From the NCBI RefSeq assembly GCF_963921235.1, contig NC_086097.1:9796001-9860000 (forward strand): a DNA stretch of 64,000 nucleotides, written 5' to 3'. The position numbers and the translations under genes were made by a program. Shown here one piece after another: positions 1 to 11,185 of the stretch. The stretch comes from Mobula hypostoma. Lineage: Eukaryota. The notes below the pieces were generated by a model. The model saw nothing but the letters and a program-made list of their open reading frames with translations. It was not told the origin of the DNA and did no database searches. How positions within the stretch are numbered: the first letter of the stretch is position 1; every line of letters starts with the position of its first letter.

Positions 1-470
1 CAAAGTTCAAAATAAATTTACTATCAAAGTGTGTGTATATATATATAGGCATCCGTTAGTCTTGTGAGACCATGGATTTGCACCTTGGAAGGTTTCCAGG
101 GTGCAGGCCTGGGCAAGGTTGTATGGAAGACCGGCAGTTGCCCATGCTGTAAGTCTCCCCTCTCCACACTACCGATGTTGTACAAGGGAAGGGCACTAGG
201 GCCAATACAGCTTGGCACTGGTGTCGTCGCACAGCAATGTGTGGTTAAGTGCCTTGCTCAAGGACACAACACGCTGCCTCAGCTGAGGCTCGAACTAGCA
301 ACCTTCAGATCACTGGGCGTCACTAGACTGATGCCTTAACCACTTGGCCACGCGCCAACACAAAGTACATATCTATCACCATATATACAACCCTGTCATT
401 TTTTTCTTGCAGGCATACTCAGTAAATCCATAATAGAATAATAACCGTAATAGAATCAATGAAAGGCCAC
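1..470 (-). mobile_element. 3' UTR/tail of an older Rex1/Babar-type LINE, split by the SINE at 31-360
   Basis: Reverse complement ends TTTGATAGTAAATTTATTTTGAACTTTG. The same tail recurs at ~33840-33874, ~35490, ~39370 and ~46645. Confidence 0.55.
31..360 (-). mobile_element. tRNA-derived CORE-like SINE with RTE-type 3' tail
   Basis: Minus strand: A-box TGGCCAAGTGG, B-box AGTTCGAGCC, CORE-like GTGTCCTTGAGCAAGGCACTTAACC, tail ATCCATGGTCTCACAAGACTAACGGATGCC(TA)n. TSD caaagt at 25-30 and 361-366. Second copy at 27803-28075. Confidence 0.85.
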
Positions 471-1129
471 ACCTACTCACCTTTCAACCAAAGTGAAAAA
501 ACAACAAAGATAGAAAGTTTAACAGAAATGATGACATTCCAAAAGAGAGATATCAATAAATGAATGTTGCCGTAATTGTAAGGTGCTCTGCCTCAACAAG
601 CAGTATTTTATACAGAACTTGACATGTGATTTACTACTTGTTTAGCAAGTGTCTTTTGTATATCAAGTCAAATCGATACCGATGTATGTTAATTCTATGG
701 CATCTGAGTGAATTGTTCATATCCTTCACAGCCCATATTGTAATACTATATTCCTTTAAACAATTATTGGATTTTCATTATGTAACTAGTAGAACATTAA
801 AAACTAGTTCATAAAACCTTGCTGTATATCATAATTTGATTCAGTAGTTTTGCTTTATACAGATTCTTTTAAAGGGGATATTTTATATGTTTCTTTCTAG
901 CAGTGAATACAACATTAATGATGTTTGGCATATGCATTTTAAAAGATAATAAAATGGAATGAAACAGCCCAATAATTCTGCCTCCAAACTCGATCTTATG
1001 ATGTTCAGACTGAACATATTCAGACAACATGCTGGGAGACAAGATGAAAGTGGTTAATCTAGAAGCCCCATCAGTCATTGATCTGGGACCATGGAAATGT
1101 CATTCATCCAAAGTCTCGCATATCTACAT

Positions 1130-2362
1130 ATATAAGAATCAGAATCAAGTTTCGTATCACTGGCATAAGTCGTGAAATTTGTTGTTATGTGGCAGCAGTA
1201 CATAAGAAGAAAAGAGAAGAGTAATGAGGAGGTGTTCGTGGGTTCAATGTCCATTAGGAAATCCGATGGCAGAGTGGAAAAAGACATTTCTAATTGACTG
1301 AATGTGTGTCTTCAGGCTTTGGTACCTCCATCCTGATGGTAGCAATGAGAAGAGGGCATATCCTGGATGTTGTGAGTCCTTTTGCTGTCTTTTTGAGACA
1401 TTACTCCTTGAAGATGTCCTGGATGCTGGTGAGGTTAGGGTCCATGACCCAGCAGGCGACGAGGCACGGCAGCAGCGGCCTTTCGGATCTGGTGCTACTT
1501 TAATTTAGTTTTTAATTTAATTTTAAGGCGCAATTAGGGTTTAGGGCAATGGATAACAGAGCGACTATCTACCATCACCAGATACTGCTACAATACAGAG
1601 ATCGCCCAAAAACAAACCTTCTTGAAGATCTGCTGGTTAAATTGCGCGACCTCGGCTTGCTGAGGGAATCAGGCCCGCAGTCCTCGGAGACGCCTGATGC
1701 CGGTGGCTGGAGGTGGGGACGTTGTAAGTGGTGTGCGAGGAAGCGGAAGCGAGGCGAGCAGGCAGGAGTCCGTGCCAGGAAAAAAGCAAGTCCTAGCCAG
1801 CTGGCTCTCCCGTCCATTCTTCTCTCCAGTGGCACTAAATTGGACTACATCCGACTCCAAGGAAATACTCAGCGGGAGTACAGAAACCGACGGAATCCTG
1901 GACGCCGCCGTTCAGCTGTTTATTTATGTAACAGCTTTTCCCCCAAGCCATCCTATTGCCCTCCAAAATGCCTATGGTCTTGTTTATTATTTATTGTAAT
2001 GCCTGCACTGTTCTGTGTACTTTATGCAGTCCTGGGTAGGTCTGTAGTCTAGTGTAGTTTTTGTGTTGTTTTACGTGGTCTAGTGTAGTTTTTGTATTGT
2101 TTCATGTAATACCATAGTCCTGAGAAACGTCGTCTCGTTTTTACTGTGTACTGTACCAGCAGATATGGTCAAAATGACAATTATAAAGTGACTTGACTTG
2201 ATGGTGCTGGCTGAGTTTACAACTTTCTGCAGCTTATTTTGGTCCGCCACCCCCACGTACTAGGCAGTGATGTAACCAGTTGGAATGGTCTCCACAGTAT
2301 ATCTGTATAAACTTGCGAGTGTCTTTGAAGACATACCCAAATCTCCTCAAACTCCTAATAAC
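1130..2362 (-). mobile_element. Older Rex1/Babar-type LINE 3' fragment, interrupted at 1448-2200
   Basis: Minus-strand remnants of the Rex1 RT C-terminus (SLRRFGY..KDTRKF). Host sequence ccatga|tggtgctggctgagtttacaac resumes after the insert. Confidence 0.65.
1448..2200 (+). mobile_element. Internally deleted (bipartite) Rex1/Babar derivative: 5' end plus ORF N-terminus fused to 3' UTR
   Basis: ORF 1549-2052 has the Rex1 N-terminal basic stretch (RKRKRG..GVRAR) and APE start [20 protein letters not shown], then jumps to a 3' UTR ending in (GACTT)n. Confidence 0.75.
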
Positions 2363-2478
2363 ATTGCCCAGAAGAAGGCATTGGCAAACCACTTCTGTAG
2401 AGAAAATTGCCAAGAACAATCATGCTGAAAGACCATCATCCCGACGTCATACGACACGGCACATAATAATGATGTTGA
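2363..2478 (+). mobile_element. 3' fragment of RTE(BovB-like)-derived non-autonomous element
   Basis: GAAGAAGGCATTGGCAAACCACTTCTGTAG (Bov-A/Sauria-like motif) and a (ATG)-rich tail. Longer copies at 28815-29212 and 37230-37560. Confidence 0.7.
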
Positions 2479-2534
2479 TGTGTGCAAAAAGAGAAAAAAA
2501 AACAAATATTACAGAAACAGCAAAATAGTGTGCA

Positions 2535-2665
2535 GCACTCACAAAATGCTGGCCTGAAACATTGACTGCTTATTCATTTCTATAGGTGCTGCATGAGCTG
2601 CTGAGCTCCTCCAGCATTTTGAATGCATTGCTCTAGATTTCCAGCATCTGCAGAATCTCTTTTGT
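2535..2665 (+). mobile_element. Penelope-like pseudo-LTR fragment
   Basis: GGCCTGAAACATTGACTG...CTCCAGCATTTT...TTCCAGCATCTGCAGAATCT matches the other pLTR copies in the window. Confidence 0.7.
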
Positions 2666-3414
2666 TTGCCTAATAGGGAGGTAGTGTTCATGGGTTCATG
2701 GACCGTTGAAAACTGTGATCTATTAAAAGCCTCCCCAGCATCAAGGACATCTTCAGAAGTCAACACATCATAAAGGTGACATCCATTATTAAGGACTCCT
2801 GTCACCCATCACATGCCCTCTTCTCATTGCTACCATCGGCAAGGAGGTGCAGGAGTCTGAAGAGACACACTCAACATTTCAGGAACAGCTTCTTCCCCTC
2901 CGTCATCAGATTTCTGAATCGACAATGAACCCATGTACAATACTCACTATTTTATTTATTTTTTTATCTCTCGTTTTGCATTGCTTACTTAATTTAACTT
3001 TAAATATGTATTCCTTATTGTAATTTATAACTTAAATTACTATGCATTGCATTGTGGTCTGCTGGTTGTTCAGCGTGTCTAACAATGACAGGAAACCTGT
3101 GCAGGAGAGTGCTTAAAGTGAAAAAGCTGTTCCACTGGGGCACTCCCAGTTTCTCAAACTCAGAAGTCTGCGTCCAGTGGTACAAACAAACATTGCAAAA
3201 TGGAGTCTTCCTTGTTGCAGTGGATGTCCATGATGTCTTCTTTGCGTTCACTCTCCATGGAGCATTACAGTATCCACTTCCTAGCTGTTGGATCACATCC
3301 ACCCAGTCCACTGGAGCTGACTTTACATGCTAGGAGAGGCATGTTCCTACCTCAATGGGTTTTGAGGCCCGCTGGCTACCTTCACCAGGTTTAGCCCACC
3401 CGTTGAAGCAGTGT

Positions 3415-4938
3415 AGAAACATAGAAACATAGAAAATAGGTGCAGGAGTAGGCCATTCGGCCCTTCAGGCCTGCACCGCCATTCAGTATGATCATGGCTG
3501 ATCATCCAACTCAGAACCCCGTACCATCCTTCCCTCCATATCCCCTGATCCCTTTAGCCACAAGGGCCTTATCTAACTCCCTCTTAAATATAGCCAATGA
3601 ACTGACCCCAACTGTTTCCTGTGGCAGAGAATTCCACAGATTCACCACTCTCTGTGTGAAGAAGTTTTTCCTCATCTCAGTCCTAAAAGGCTTCCCCTTT
3701 ATCCTTAAACTGTGACCCCTTGTTCTGGACTTCCCCAACATCGGGAACAATCTTCCTGCATCTAGCCTGTCCAATCCCTTTAGAATTTTATACGTTTCAT
3801 AAGATCCCCCCCTCAATCTTCTAAATTCCAACGAGTACAAGCCCAGTTCATCCAGTCTTTCATTATATGCAAGTTCTGCCATCCCAGGTATCAATCTGGT
3901 GAACCTTCTTTGTACTCCCTCTATGGCAAGGATGTCTTTCCTCAGATTAGGGGACCAAAACTGCACATAATACTCCAGGTGTGGTCTCACCAAGGCTTTG
4001 TACAACTGCAGTAGTACCTCCCTGCTCCTGTACTCGAATCCTCTTGCTATGAATGCCAGCATACCATTCACCTTTTTCACCGCCTGCTGTACCTGCATGC
4101 CCACTTTCAATGACTGGTGTATAATGACACCCAGGTCTCGTGGCACCTCCCCTTTTCCTAATCGGCCACCATTCAGATAATAATCTGTTTTCCTGTTTTT
4201 GCCACCAAAGTGGATAACCTCACATTTATCCACATTAAATTGCATCTGCCATAAATTTGCCCACTCACCTAATCTATCCAAGTCACCCTGCATTCTCTTA
4301 GCATTCTCCTCACAGCTAACACCACTGCCCAGCTTCGTGTCATCCGCAAACTTGGAGATGCTGCATTTAATTCCCTCGCCTAAGTCATTAATATATATTG
4401 TAAACAACTGGGGTCCCAGCACTGAGCCTTGTGGTACCCCACTAGTCACTGCCTGCCATTCTAAAAATGTCCCGTTTATTCCCACACTTTGCTTCCTGTC
4501 TGCCAACCAATTCTCTATCTGCATCAATACCTTACCCCCAATACCGTGTGCTTTAAGTTTGCACACTAGTCTCCTGTGTGGGACCCTGTCAAAAGCCTTT
4601 TGAAAATCCAAATATACTGCATCCACTGGTTCTCCCCTATCCACTCTACTAGTTACATCCTCAAAAAATTCTATGAGATTCGTCAGACATGACTTTCCTT
4701 TCACAAATCCATGCTGACTTTGTCCGATGATTTCACCGCTTTCCAAATGTGCTGTTATCACATCTTTGATAACTGACTCTAGCATTTTCCCCACCACCGA
4801 CATTAGGCTAACCGGTCTATAATTCCCCGGTTTCTCTCTCCCTCCTTTTTTAAAAAGTGGAGTTACATTAGCCACCCTCCAATCCTCAGGAACTAGTCCA
4901 GAATCTAAAGAGTTTTGAAAAATTATCACTAATGCATC
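3415..4938 (-). mobile_element. Young 5'-truncated CR1 (HER1-like) LINE
   Basis: RT ORF plus 3' UTR ending in (CTATGTTT)n. Near-identical 3' ends at 38832-39161 and 50321-51040. Confidence 0.95.
3511..4929 (-). pseudogene. CR1 ORF2 reverse transcriptase (472 aa open fragment)
   Basis: Motifs GNYRPVSL, QHGF, YLDFQKAFD, GVPQGSVLGP, FADDTK, RPHLEY, VVNLWNSLP. Confidence 0.95.
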
Positions 4939-5411
4939 TGGGATGTGGCATGTAAATAGCTACTTTGATCCACAGGTGAGAGCTACGTGTTTGGTGGGGG
5001 ACCAAAGTTGAGTGATCCGCCCCACTTCGGACATGACATGCCCCTTCTCCAGAGGTATTACCCCTCCCTGGACACCCCATGCACCCCATTGCAATGTACT
5101 GCAGCTGCAAAACAACAAATTTCATGTCATATATAGTTTCAGTGATATTAAACCTGATTGTTGCCTTACATCTCAAAGAACATTTGACAATCACGACAGA
5201 ATATTAATAGTCGTTTCCAGATCCTACTCAACCATAGAGCGGCAAACAATTAAGGAGAAGATGGATTCCTTAAGTACATTCCTTGCTTTCCTCGTTATGA
5301 TGGTCTGGATTAATTAAGTAGCATTTTAAGGGGAATTGGACGGATTAGAGAGAAAGAGCTAATTAAATCCATGTGGATGTAGTTCAAGAATCTCAATACT
5401 TCAACTACACC

Positions 5412-5760
5412 TTGACAAGAATATTGAAAGGCCAAGATAGAGTGGATGTGGAGAAGATGTTTCCTATAGTGGGAGAGTCGAGGACCAGAAGGCAGAGTCT
5501 CAGAATAGAGGGATGTCCATTTAGAGCAGGGATGAGATGGAATTTCTTTAGCCAGATGGTGGTGAAACTGTGGAATTCATTGTCATAGGCGGCTGTGAAG
5601 TCATTGGGTATATTTAAAGTGGAGGTTGATAGATTCTTGATTCATAAGGAAGTCTAAGATTATGGGGTGAAGGCAGGAGAATGGGGCTGAGAGGGATAAT
5701 AAACCAGCCAGGATAGAATGCTGGAGAAGACTCAGTGAGCCAAATTGCCTAATTCTGCCA
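5412..5760 (+). mobile_element. CR1 3' fragment
   Basis: RILKGQDRVDVEKMFP..ESRTR..FFSQMVVKLWNSL. Confidence 0.85.
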
Positions 5761-5779
5761 AAATACAACAAATTTCAAA

Positions 5780-6510
5780 ATTTCAAAGATTCAAAGAACA
5801 TTTATTATGAAAGCATGTTTGCAGTATACATCCCTGAGATTTATCTTCCTGCGGGCAGCTACTAAACAAAGAAACATCATGGAATCCATTCAAGAGAAAC
5901 ATCAAACACACAAAGCACTGGGAAAAAAAGAACAAATTGCACAAACAGCAAAAAGCCTGCAAATAACACACAGAATATTAAATATCGAACTGCAGAGTCA
6001 CATGATCCCAAACAGTCTTGGAGTGTTCGGTTCAGTTTAGTGTTGTGTCACTCGTTGACTGCAAGCCACATTGCCAGTCTACACTGCAGTGCCCTTGTCA
6101 AATTGTACAAAGTAGCCAAAAAACAGTAACTACAAGCCAGAAGCAGATATAAAATGAACCACAGAGTCCTTCAAGAATGTGTCCACATCCATGAGCCACT
6201 CCAATCAAATCCTGCAGCATGGGACCCAAAATTCCTGCACTTTCCTCCTGCAGCAGTGAAAGAGAGGGAGGCGAGTCAGGTGCAGGCAGATGACGCTGAA
6301 CACGTACTCGCCTTCCATTCTCATCTTCGTCGATTTCAATCTTGCTCGATGCTTTAATGGGCAAGGAGTAACGGAGCCGATCATGGGTTCGCTCTCCACT
6401 ATTAGGCCACGCAGAACACTCTCGTCCTTGCCGAATTCCCCCAGAGACAGCAAAAGCGCAGGTCACTCGGTTGGCCTAAAAAAATGTCAACATCATGCAA
6501 ATTACAGACC
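5780..6510 (-). mobile_element. Unclassified non-autonomous retroelement with Rex-type (TTTGAA)n tail
   Basis: Minus-strand tail AATAAATGTTCTTTGAATCTTTGAA. A related tail lies at ~57905-58000. No coding homology recognised. Confidence 0.45.
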
Positions 6511-7146
6511 CTAATTGCACATAGTTTAGTAGGAGAAGCATATTTGAAAGAAGAAGAAGTGGCTTGGTGAACTGTCTGCAGGACATCTGGTTGTTCACTC
6601 ATACCATCTTGAAAACTGCACAGCATATCTCAGTAACAATAAACCTTCTGATTCCAGTTCTGAACTGTGCTTCTTACCCACAAATCCTGCCCAACCTGCC
6701 AGATACTTGTAGATTTCTGTTTTCTATTGGCTGCTTGGTGGGTTAAATTCAAATCACTGACCAACCTCAATTAAAATCGTGTGTTAATTGAGATTGTGTT
6801 AGCTCTGAGATGGCTAAAAATCTAGGCAAATCTAATCACTCTTGCAAAAAACAGTGAAGTCTCATGTACGAAATTAGTTTGCGACACCAAATCCCAAAAC
6901 ATAAGATAAGAAGTTTAAAAACAAAACCATTTCATTCATGGCTGATTTCGACAGGGTGGCATGAAATTTAAAAACAAGTTAATTTATCACTGTGAGGGAT
7001 GTCACTCCTCTTGGTGGCTGTTTATCAATTGAGACTGAACAAAAGCTGATAATAATGCAGATATTATCAATGTGCTTCTGTTATGTCAGGGCTCCTGAAA
7101 TGTAGGAAAATGATAAATGTAAAATGTTATTGTCCACAGGATATAT

Positions 7147-7587
7147 AACTTCCGCTAGGCCCCACCTCCCCCTCGTACCCCATCTGTTACTCATTTTTAT
7201 GCACACATTCTTTCTCTCACTCTCCTTTTTCTCCCTCTGTCCCTCTGAATATACCTCTTGCCCATCCTCTGGGTCACCCCCCCACCTTGTCTTTCTTCCC
7301 GGACCTCCTGTCCCATGATCCTCTCGTATCCCCTTCTGCCTATCACCTGTCCAGCTCTCGGCTCTATCCCTCCCCCTCCTGTCTTCTCCTATCATTTTAC
7401 ATCTCCCCCTCCCCCTCCAGCTTTCAAATCCCTTACTCACTCTTCCTTCAGTTAGTCCTGACGAAGGGTCTCGGCCTGAAACGTCGACTGTACCTCTTCC
7501 TATAGATGCTGCCTGGCCTGCTGCGTTCACCAGCAACTTTGATGTATGTTGCTTGAATTTCCAGCATCTGCAGAATTCCTGTTGTTT
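7147..7587 (+). mobile_element. Penelope-like element pseudo-LTR (young)
   Basis: Pyrimidine-rich tract, hammerhead motif and terminal CCAGCATCTGCAGAATTCCTGTTG. Highly similar to 24068-24500, which directly follows GIY-YIG C-terminal coding sequence. Confidence 0.9.
7453..7490 (+). ncRNA. Minimal type I hammerhead ribozyme (PLE-associated)
   Basis: TAGTC-CTGACGA-AGGGTCTCGGCCT-GAAA-CGTC^GACTG: stem I TAGTC/GACTG, intact core, palindromic ACGT in place of stem III. Predicted cut after 7485. Confidence 0.85.
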
Positions 7588-7664
7588 TTGTATATAATTT
7601 TTTGTTGCCATTCCATCCAATTCAGAGGTTCAACAAAGAAACACTAATTCCCACACCATTAACA

Positions 7665-7945
7665 GGGCAGCACAGCAATGTACCGGTGAGCACAGTGCTT
7701 TACAGTACCAGCAACCGAGTTCAATTCCTGCTGCTGCCTTTATATTTGTATGTTCTTCCCATGACTGTGTGTGTTTCCTCCGGGTGCTCCAGTTTCCTCC
7801 CACAGTCCAAAGATGTATTGGTTGGTAGGTTAATTGGCATTTGTAATTTGTCGCATGATTAGGCTGTGGTTAAGTCATGGTTTGTTGTGTTGCATGCCTC
7901 AAAAGGCCAGAAGTGCCATTTCTCGCTGTATCTTAATAAATAAAT
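7665..7945 (+). mobile_element. HE1-like V-SINE
   Basis: tRNA-like head with GAGTTCAATTCC, V-domain GTTTCCTCCGGGTGCTCCAGTTTCCTCCCACAGTCCAAAGA, (TAAA)n tail. Confidence 0.85.
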
Positions 7946-8309
7946 AGTAATATAAATTCCACATTTCCTGTTTTATACATATGAGCAAAGAATAAAGGGA
8001 ATACTGTTGGAACTGCTTGCGTACAAAACAATCTAACTGTTGAGAAAACGCAGCAGCAGACTGCTTAGTTCATTAACAGCCGAATAAATGGCTGTGCAAT
8101 GTATTCTAAACTTCACTTAAAAGGGGATACCCATTATTTTTCTCCTGAAATTTATAATTTCCAAATTTTGTCCCTACTTTAAAATTAATTTTTTTGACCA
8201 AGCTTTCTGCAGCGATAAATACCTCCTTCTTTACCTTGATTTCCAGTTGTGTTTAGTTACATACATACACGAGTCTGCTCTACCATTCGATCATGACTGA
8301 TTTCTTCGG

Positions 8310-8570
8310 TGCGGCACGGTACCATAACACTTCTACAGCACCAGTATCCTGGGTTCAATCCCAGCAGCTGCCGTAAGGAGTGTGTGTGTTCTCCCTGTAA
8401 ATGTGTGTGTTCTCCCTGTAAATGTGTGTGTTCTCCCTGTAAATGTGTGAGTTTCCTCCCACATGTCAAATACGTATGGGTCAATAAGTTAATTGGTCAC
8501 ATGGTGAAATTGTGTGGTATGGGCTCGCTGGGCCGGAAAGGCCTGTTACCATGATGCATTTTTAAAATTA
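8310..8570 (+). mobile_element. HE1-like V-SINE containing a 3 x 21-bp tandem repeat (8381-8443)
   Basis: GGGTTCAATCCC B-box; unit TGTGTGTGTTCTCCCTGTAAA repeated three times. Confidence 0.75.
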
Positions 8571-9289
8571 AAAAGATATATATCTCACAGACTGGAAATT
8601 CCATTGCATAATTTTATTTTATTTTTAATTGTGATTTAATTGATTTTTTTTTACTATTAGCAAAGAATAGTGACAATCATTTTTTTTATTTTTGACATCT
8701 CTTGAAAATTTCAACCAGTCCTTGTAACTTCAATGCAATTTCTACATCAACCAGGCATAGGATGAGTTAATTTCCAACACAGAACTCCTCCTGGACTATT
8801 GGACTATGCTGCACTGCAGGTGCTTTTACTGGACTGTTATTATCTAAACAACAATGTATGGAACCAGAAGACTTGCAGGAAGTCCTACACCTCTTCTCCA
8901 ATCGATCTCCTAGCCTCTGCTCCCTTGTCCTTGCTCTGAGGTTTGGCTTCGACCACTCTTCTCTCCACCACCACACACAATTACATGCATTCCTAGGTCA
9001 GAGGTAGGGCACAGTTCAGGCTCAGAACAGGCTTTGCAGTGGAGCAGCAAATCATAAACGCGACATAGTCTGCAAATCCAAAGCCACAGACACAAAATGC
9101 TGGAGGAACTCAGTGTCCTGTTTACCTGTGCTGTGCACTATGTGCACTTTGAATTATATTTTATCAGATTACTGATAGAACATTTTGTTTTGTGAGCTGT
9201 GTGTGATATATGAATTATGCCAGCACTGTGGTCCATAGGAACGTTGTTTAATTTGGCTGTACATATATAGAGTTAGATGACAGTAAACT

Positions 9290-10020
9290 TGAGTTTGGAC
9301 TTGAACTTGAGAAATAACCTAATTTCATGGCTAACCTGCATCCCAATGTCAAGACATCGTTTATAGTCAGTTAACTATATACATGAATATCACCAAATGA
9401 GACAATGTTTCTCTGGACCACATTAGTACACATAGCACTTATAACTTAGGAATGTAAGAATTAAATCTACAAATAAATTATGCATAGATAAACAAAGTAT
9501 ATTGCATAAATTAAATATTGGAGGGTACAGTACAAATTATCCAGTGACACTTTGAACGCGAAGTTCAGAAACTAATGGGCTGAGGAAAGATGCTGTTTCC
9601 CATCCTGACCATTCTTATGCATATATATCGGAAGCTCCTGCCTGATGGTAGGATGTCAAAGAAGATTCTGGATGCACTGGTGGAATCCTTGATGATACTA
9701 AGAGCTCTGTATATGCAGCACTCCTGATAAATGTCCCCGATGGGTAATAGGGAGACCCCTATGATCATCTCGGCCATTCTCACAGTCCTTCGTAGGAACC
9801 TCTGGTCCGATGCTTGGCTGCTCCCATACCAGATGGAGATGCAGCTTGTCAGGGCAGTCTCAATGTGCTCCTGTACAATTCAGTTAAGATGGAGGTGGCA
9901 GGGGGTTGCGGGGGGGGGGGAGGTAGGGAACCTCGCTTGGCTCAATCTCCTCAGGAAGTGGAGAACCTGCTTTGCCTTCTTATTCAGGGAGGTGATATTG
10001 AGGGACCAGGTGAGGAGTCC
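9290..10020 (-). mobile_element. Rex1/Babar-type LINE 3' fragment
   Basis: Minus-strand ORF IIGVSLLPIGDIYQECCIYRALSIIKD..LPSGR..MGNSIFPQ. Confidence 0.75.
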
Positions 10021-10444
10021 ATTACTGGAAAAAAAGAGGCAACACAAGTCAATACATATGAACCAATAGCTCTAATCCACCATTTCTAACCACCCAACCC
10101 CAGTCATCCAGCGGTCTGCTGCACTCTCACTTGAATTTTCCCAACATCAAGTACCAGACATTCTGGTCTCACCCATATCACACGTGTTAGCAGCAAATTC
10201 CTGAGCCTGTATCCAGAGGTGAAAATATCTGTTACCTCATCACGTTTGACAAAATCTTGGTCACAAATTAATTTGATCCAGCATTACACTGTAACAATCC
10301 AAACAGTCTTTCACCCATCTCATTTGCACAATTCTATCACTTCCTTTGGCGTGTTCTCAAACTTCCAGACAAATATTTGTTTTACTGCATAACAGAAATG
10401 GCAGTGGGTGATGAAATCATGTTCTTCAATCTTAGGATCACCTC

Positions 10445-10655
10445 CCTTATAGATGGCCCCAGGTCCGGCTGCAAAAGGAGGAGGATTGGGGATGGGGGTT
10501 AGCAACTCCATCCTCTATAAATCCAATGTTCTAGAAATGCCGACAGAGGCTCCAACAGCCTCACTCCTGGGAAGGGGAGGATCATCAATGGGCTACACAT
10601 TGAAAGACTGAAAAACTGGCCCAGTATAGAGGAATCCTAGAGTTGTGCTGTTCTG
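10445..10655 (+). mobile_element. Decayed RTE-derived bipartite element with twister-like 5' relic
   Basis: CCCCAGGTCCGG..AAAAGGAGGAGGATTGGGGATGGGGGTTAGCAACTCCATCC resembles an RTE 5' UTR. It is followed by ATGGGCTACAC..ACTGGCCCAGTATAGAGGA, resembling the RTE ORF C-terminus LAQDRG. Confidence 0.55.
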
Positions 10656-10671
10656 CATTTTTACTGAGATT

Positions 10672-11185
10672 ATTTAGTAAATAAGGTTGAAGGAGTACAG
10701 AGAAAAATTACAAGGATGTGTCTGGGACTATAGGACCTGAGTTATAATGAAACATTGAATAGGTTAGAACTTTATTCCTTGGAATATAGAAGATTGTTGG
10801 GAAATTTGATAGAGGTAAACAAACTTATGAGGAGTATAGATAGGGTAAATACAAGCAGGCTTTTTCCATGAAGGTTGGGTGGGACTACAATGAGAGATCA
10901 TGGGCTGTAGGTGAAATGTGAAAAGTTTAAGGGGAACATGAGGGGAAACTTCTTCACTCTGAACGTCTTGAGAGTGTGGATCGAGCTGTTAGTGCAAGTG
11001 GTGCATGTGAGCTTGATCTCAATGTTTAATTGAAGTTTGGGTAGGTACATGGATGGTCACGGTATGGAGGGCTATAGTAATTGTGGAGGTCGATGGGAGT
11101 AGGCAATTTAAATGGTTCAGCATGGACTAGATGGACTGAAGGACCTGTTTCTGTGTTCTACTTTTCTAAGATTCTATGACTCTAT
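10672..11185 (+). mobile_element. CR1 3' fragment
   Basis: KVEGVQRK.TRM..LNRLELYSLE; tail TTCTATGACTCTAT. Confidence 0.85.

Larger units (their letters stand above)
3056..5086 (-). mobile_element. RTE 5'-UTR-derived non-autonomous element, split by a young CR1
   Basis: Minus-strand start GGGGTGTCCAGGGAGGGGTAATACCTCTGGAGAAGGGGC..GTCC resembles RTE-clade 5' UTRs. Flanked by an 11-bp TSD. Confidence 0.55.
2722..5158 (+). mobile_element. Older Rex1/Babar 3' fragment (2722-3055 plus 5087-5158) hosting nested RTE-derived and CR1 insertions
   Basis: LFSLLPSARRCRSLKRHTQHFRNSFFPS-type C-terminus. The 3' UTR is split with an 11-bp TSD cattgca(t/a)tgt at 3045-3055 and 5087-5097. Confidence 0.7.

Noticed and set aside
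7081..7620. 179-aa minus ORF
   Set aside because: Antisense reading of a low-complexity Penelope pLTR.
8257..8554. Repetitive ORFs (HLQGEHT)n and (CVCSPCK)n resembling metallothionein
   Set aside because: Translation of a 21-bp tandem repeat inside a SINE.
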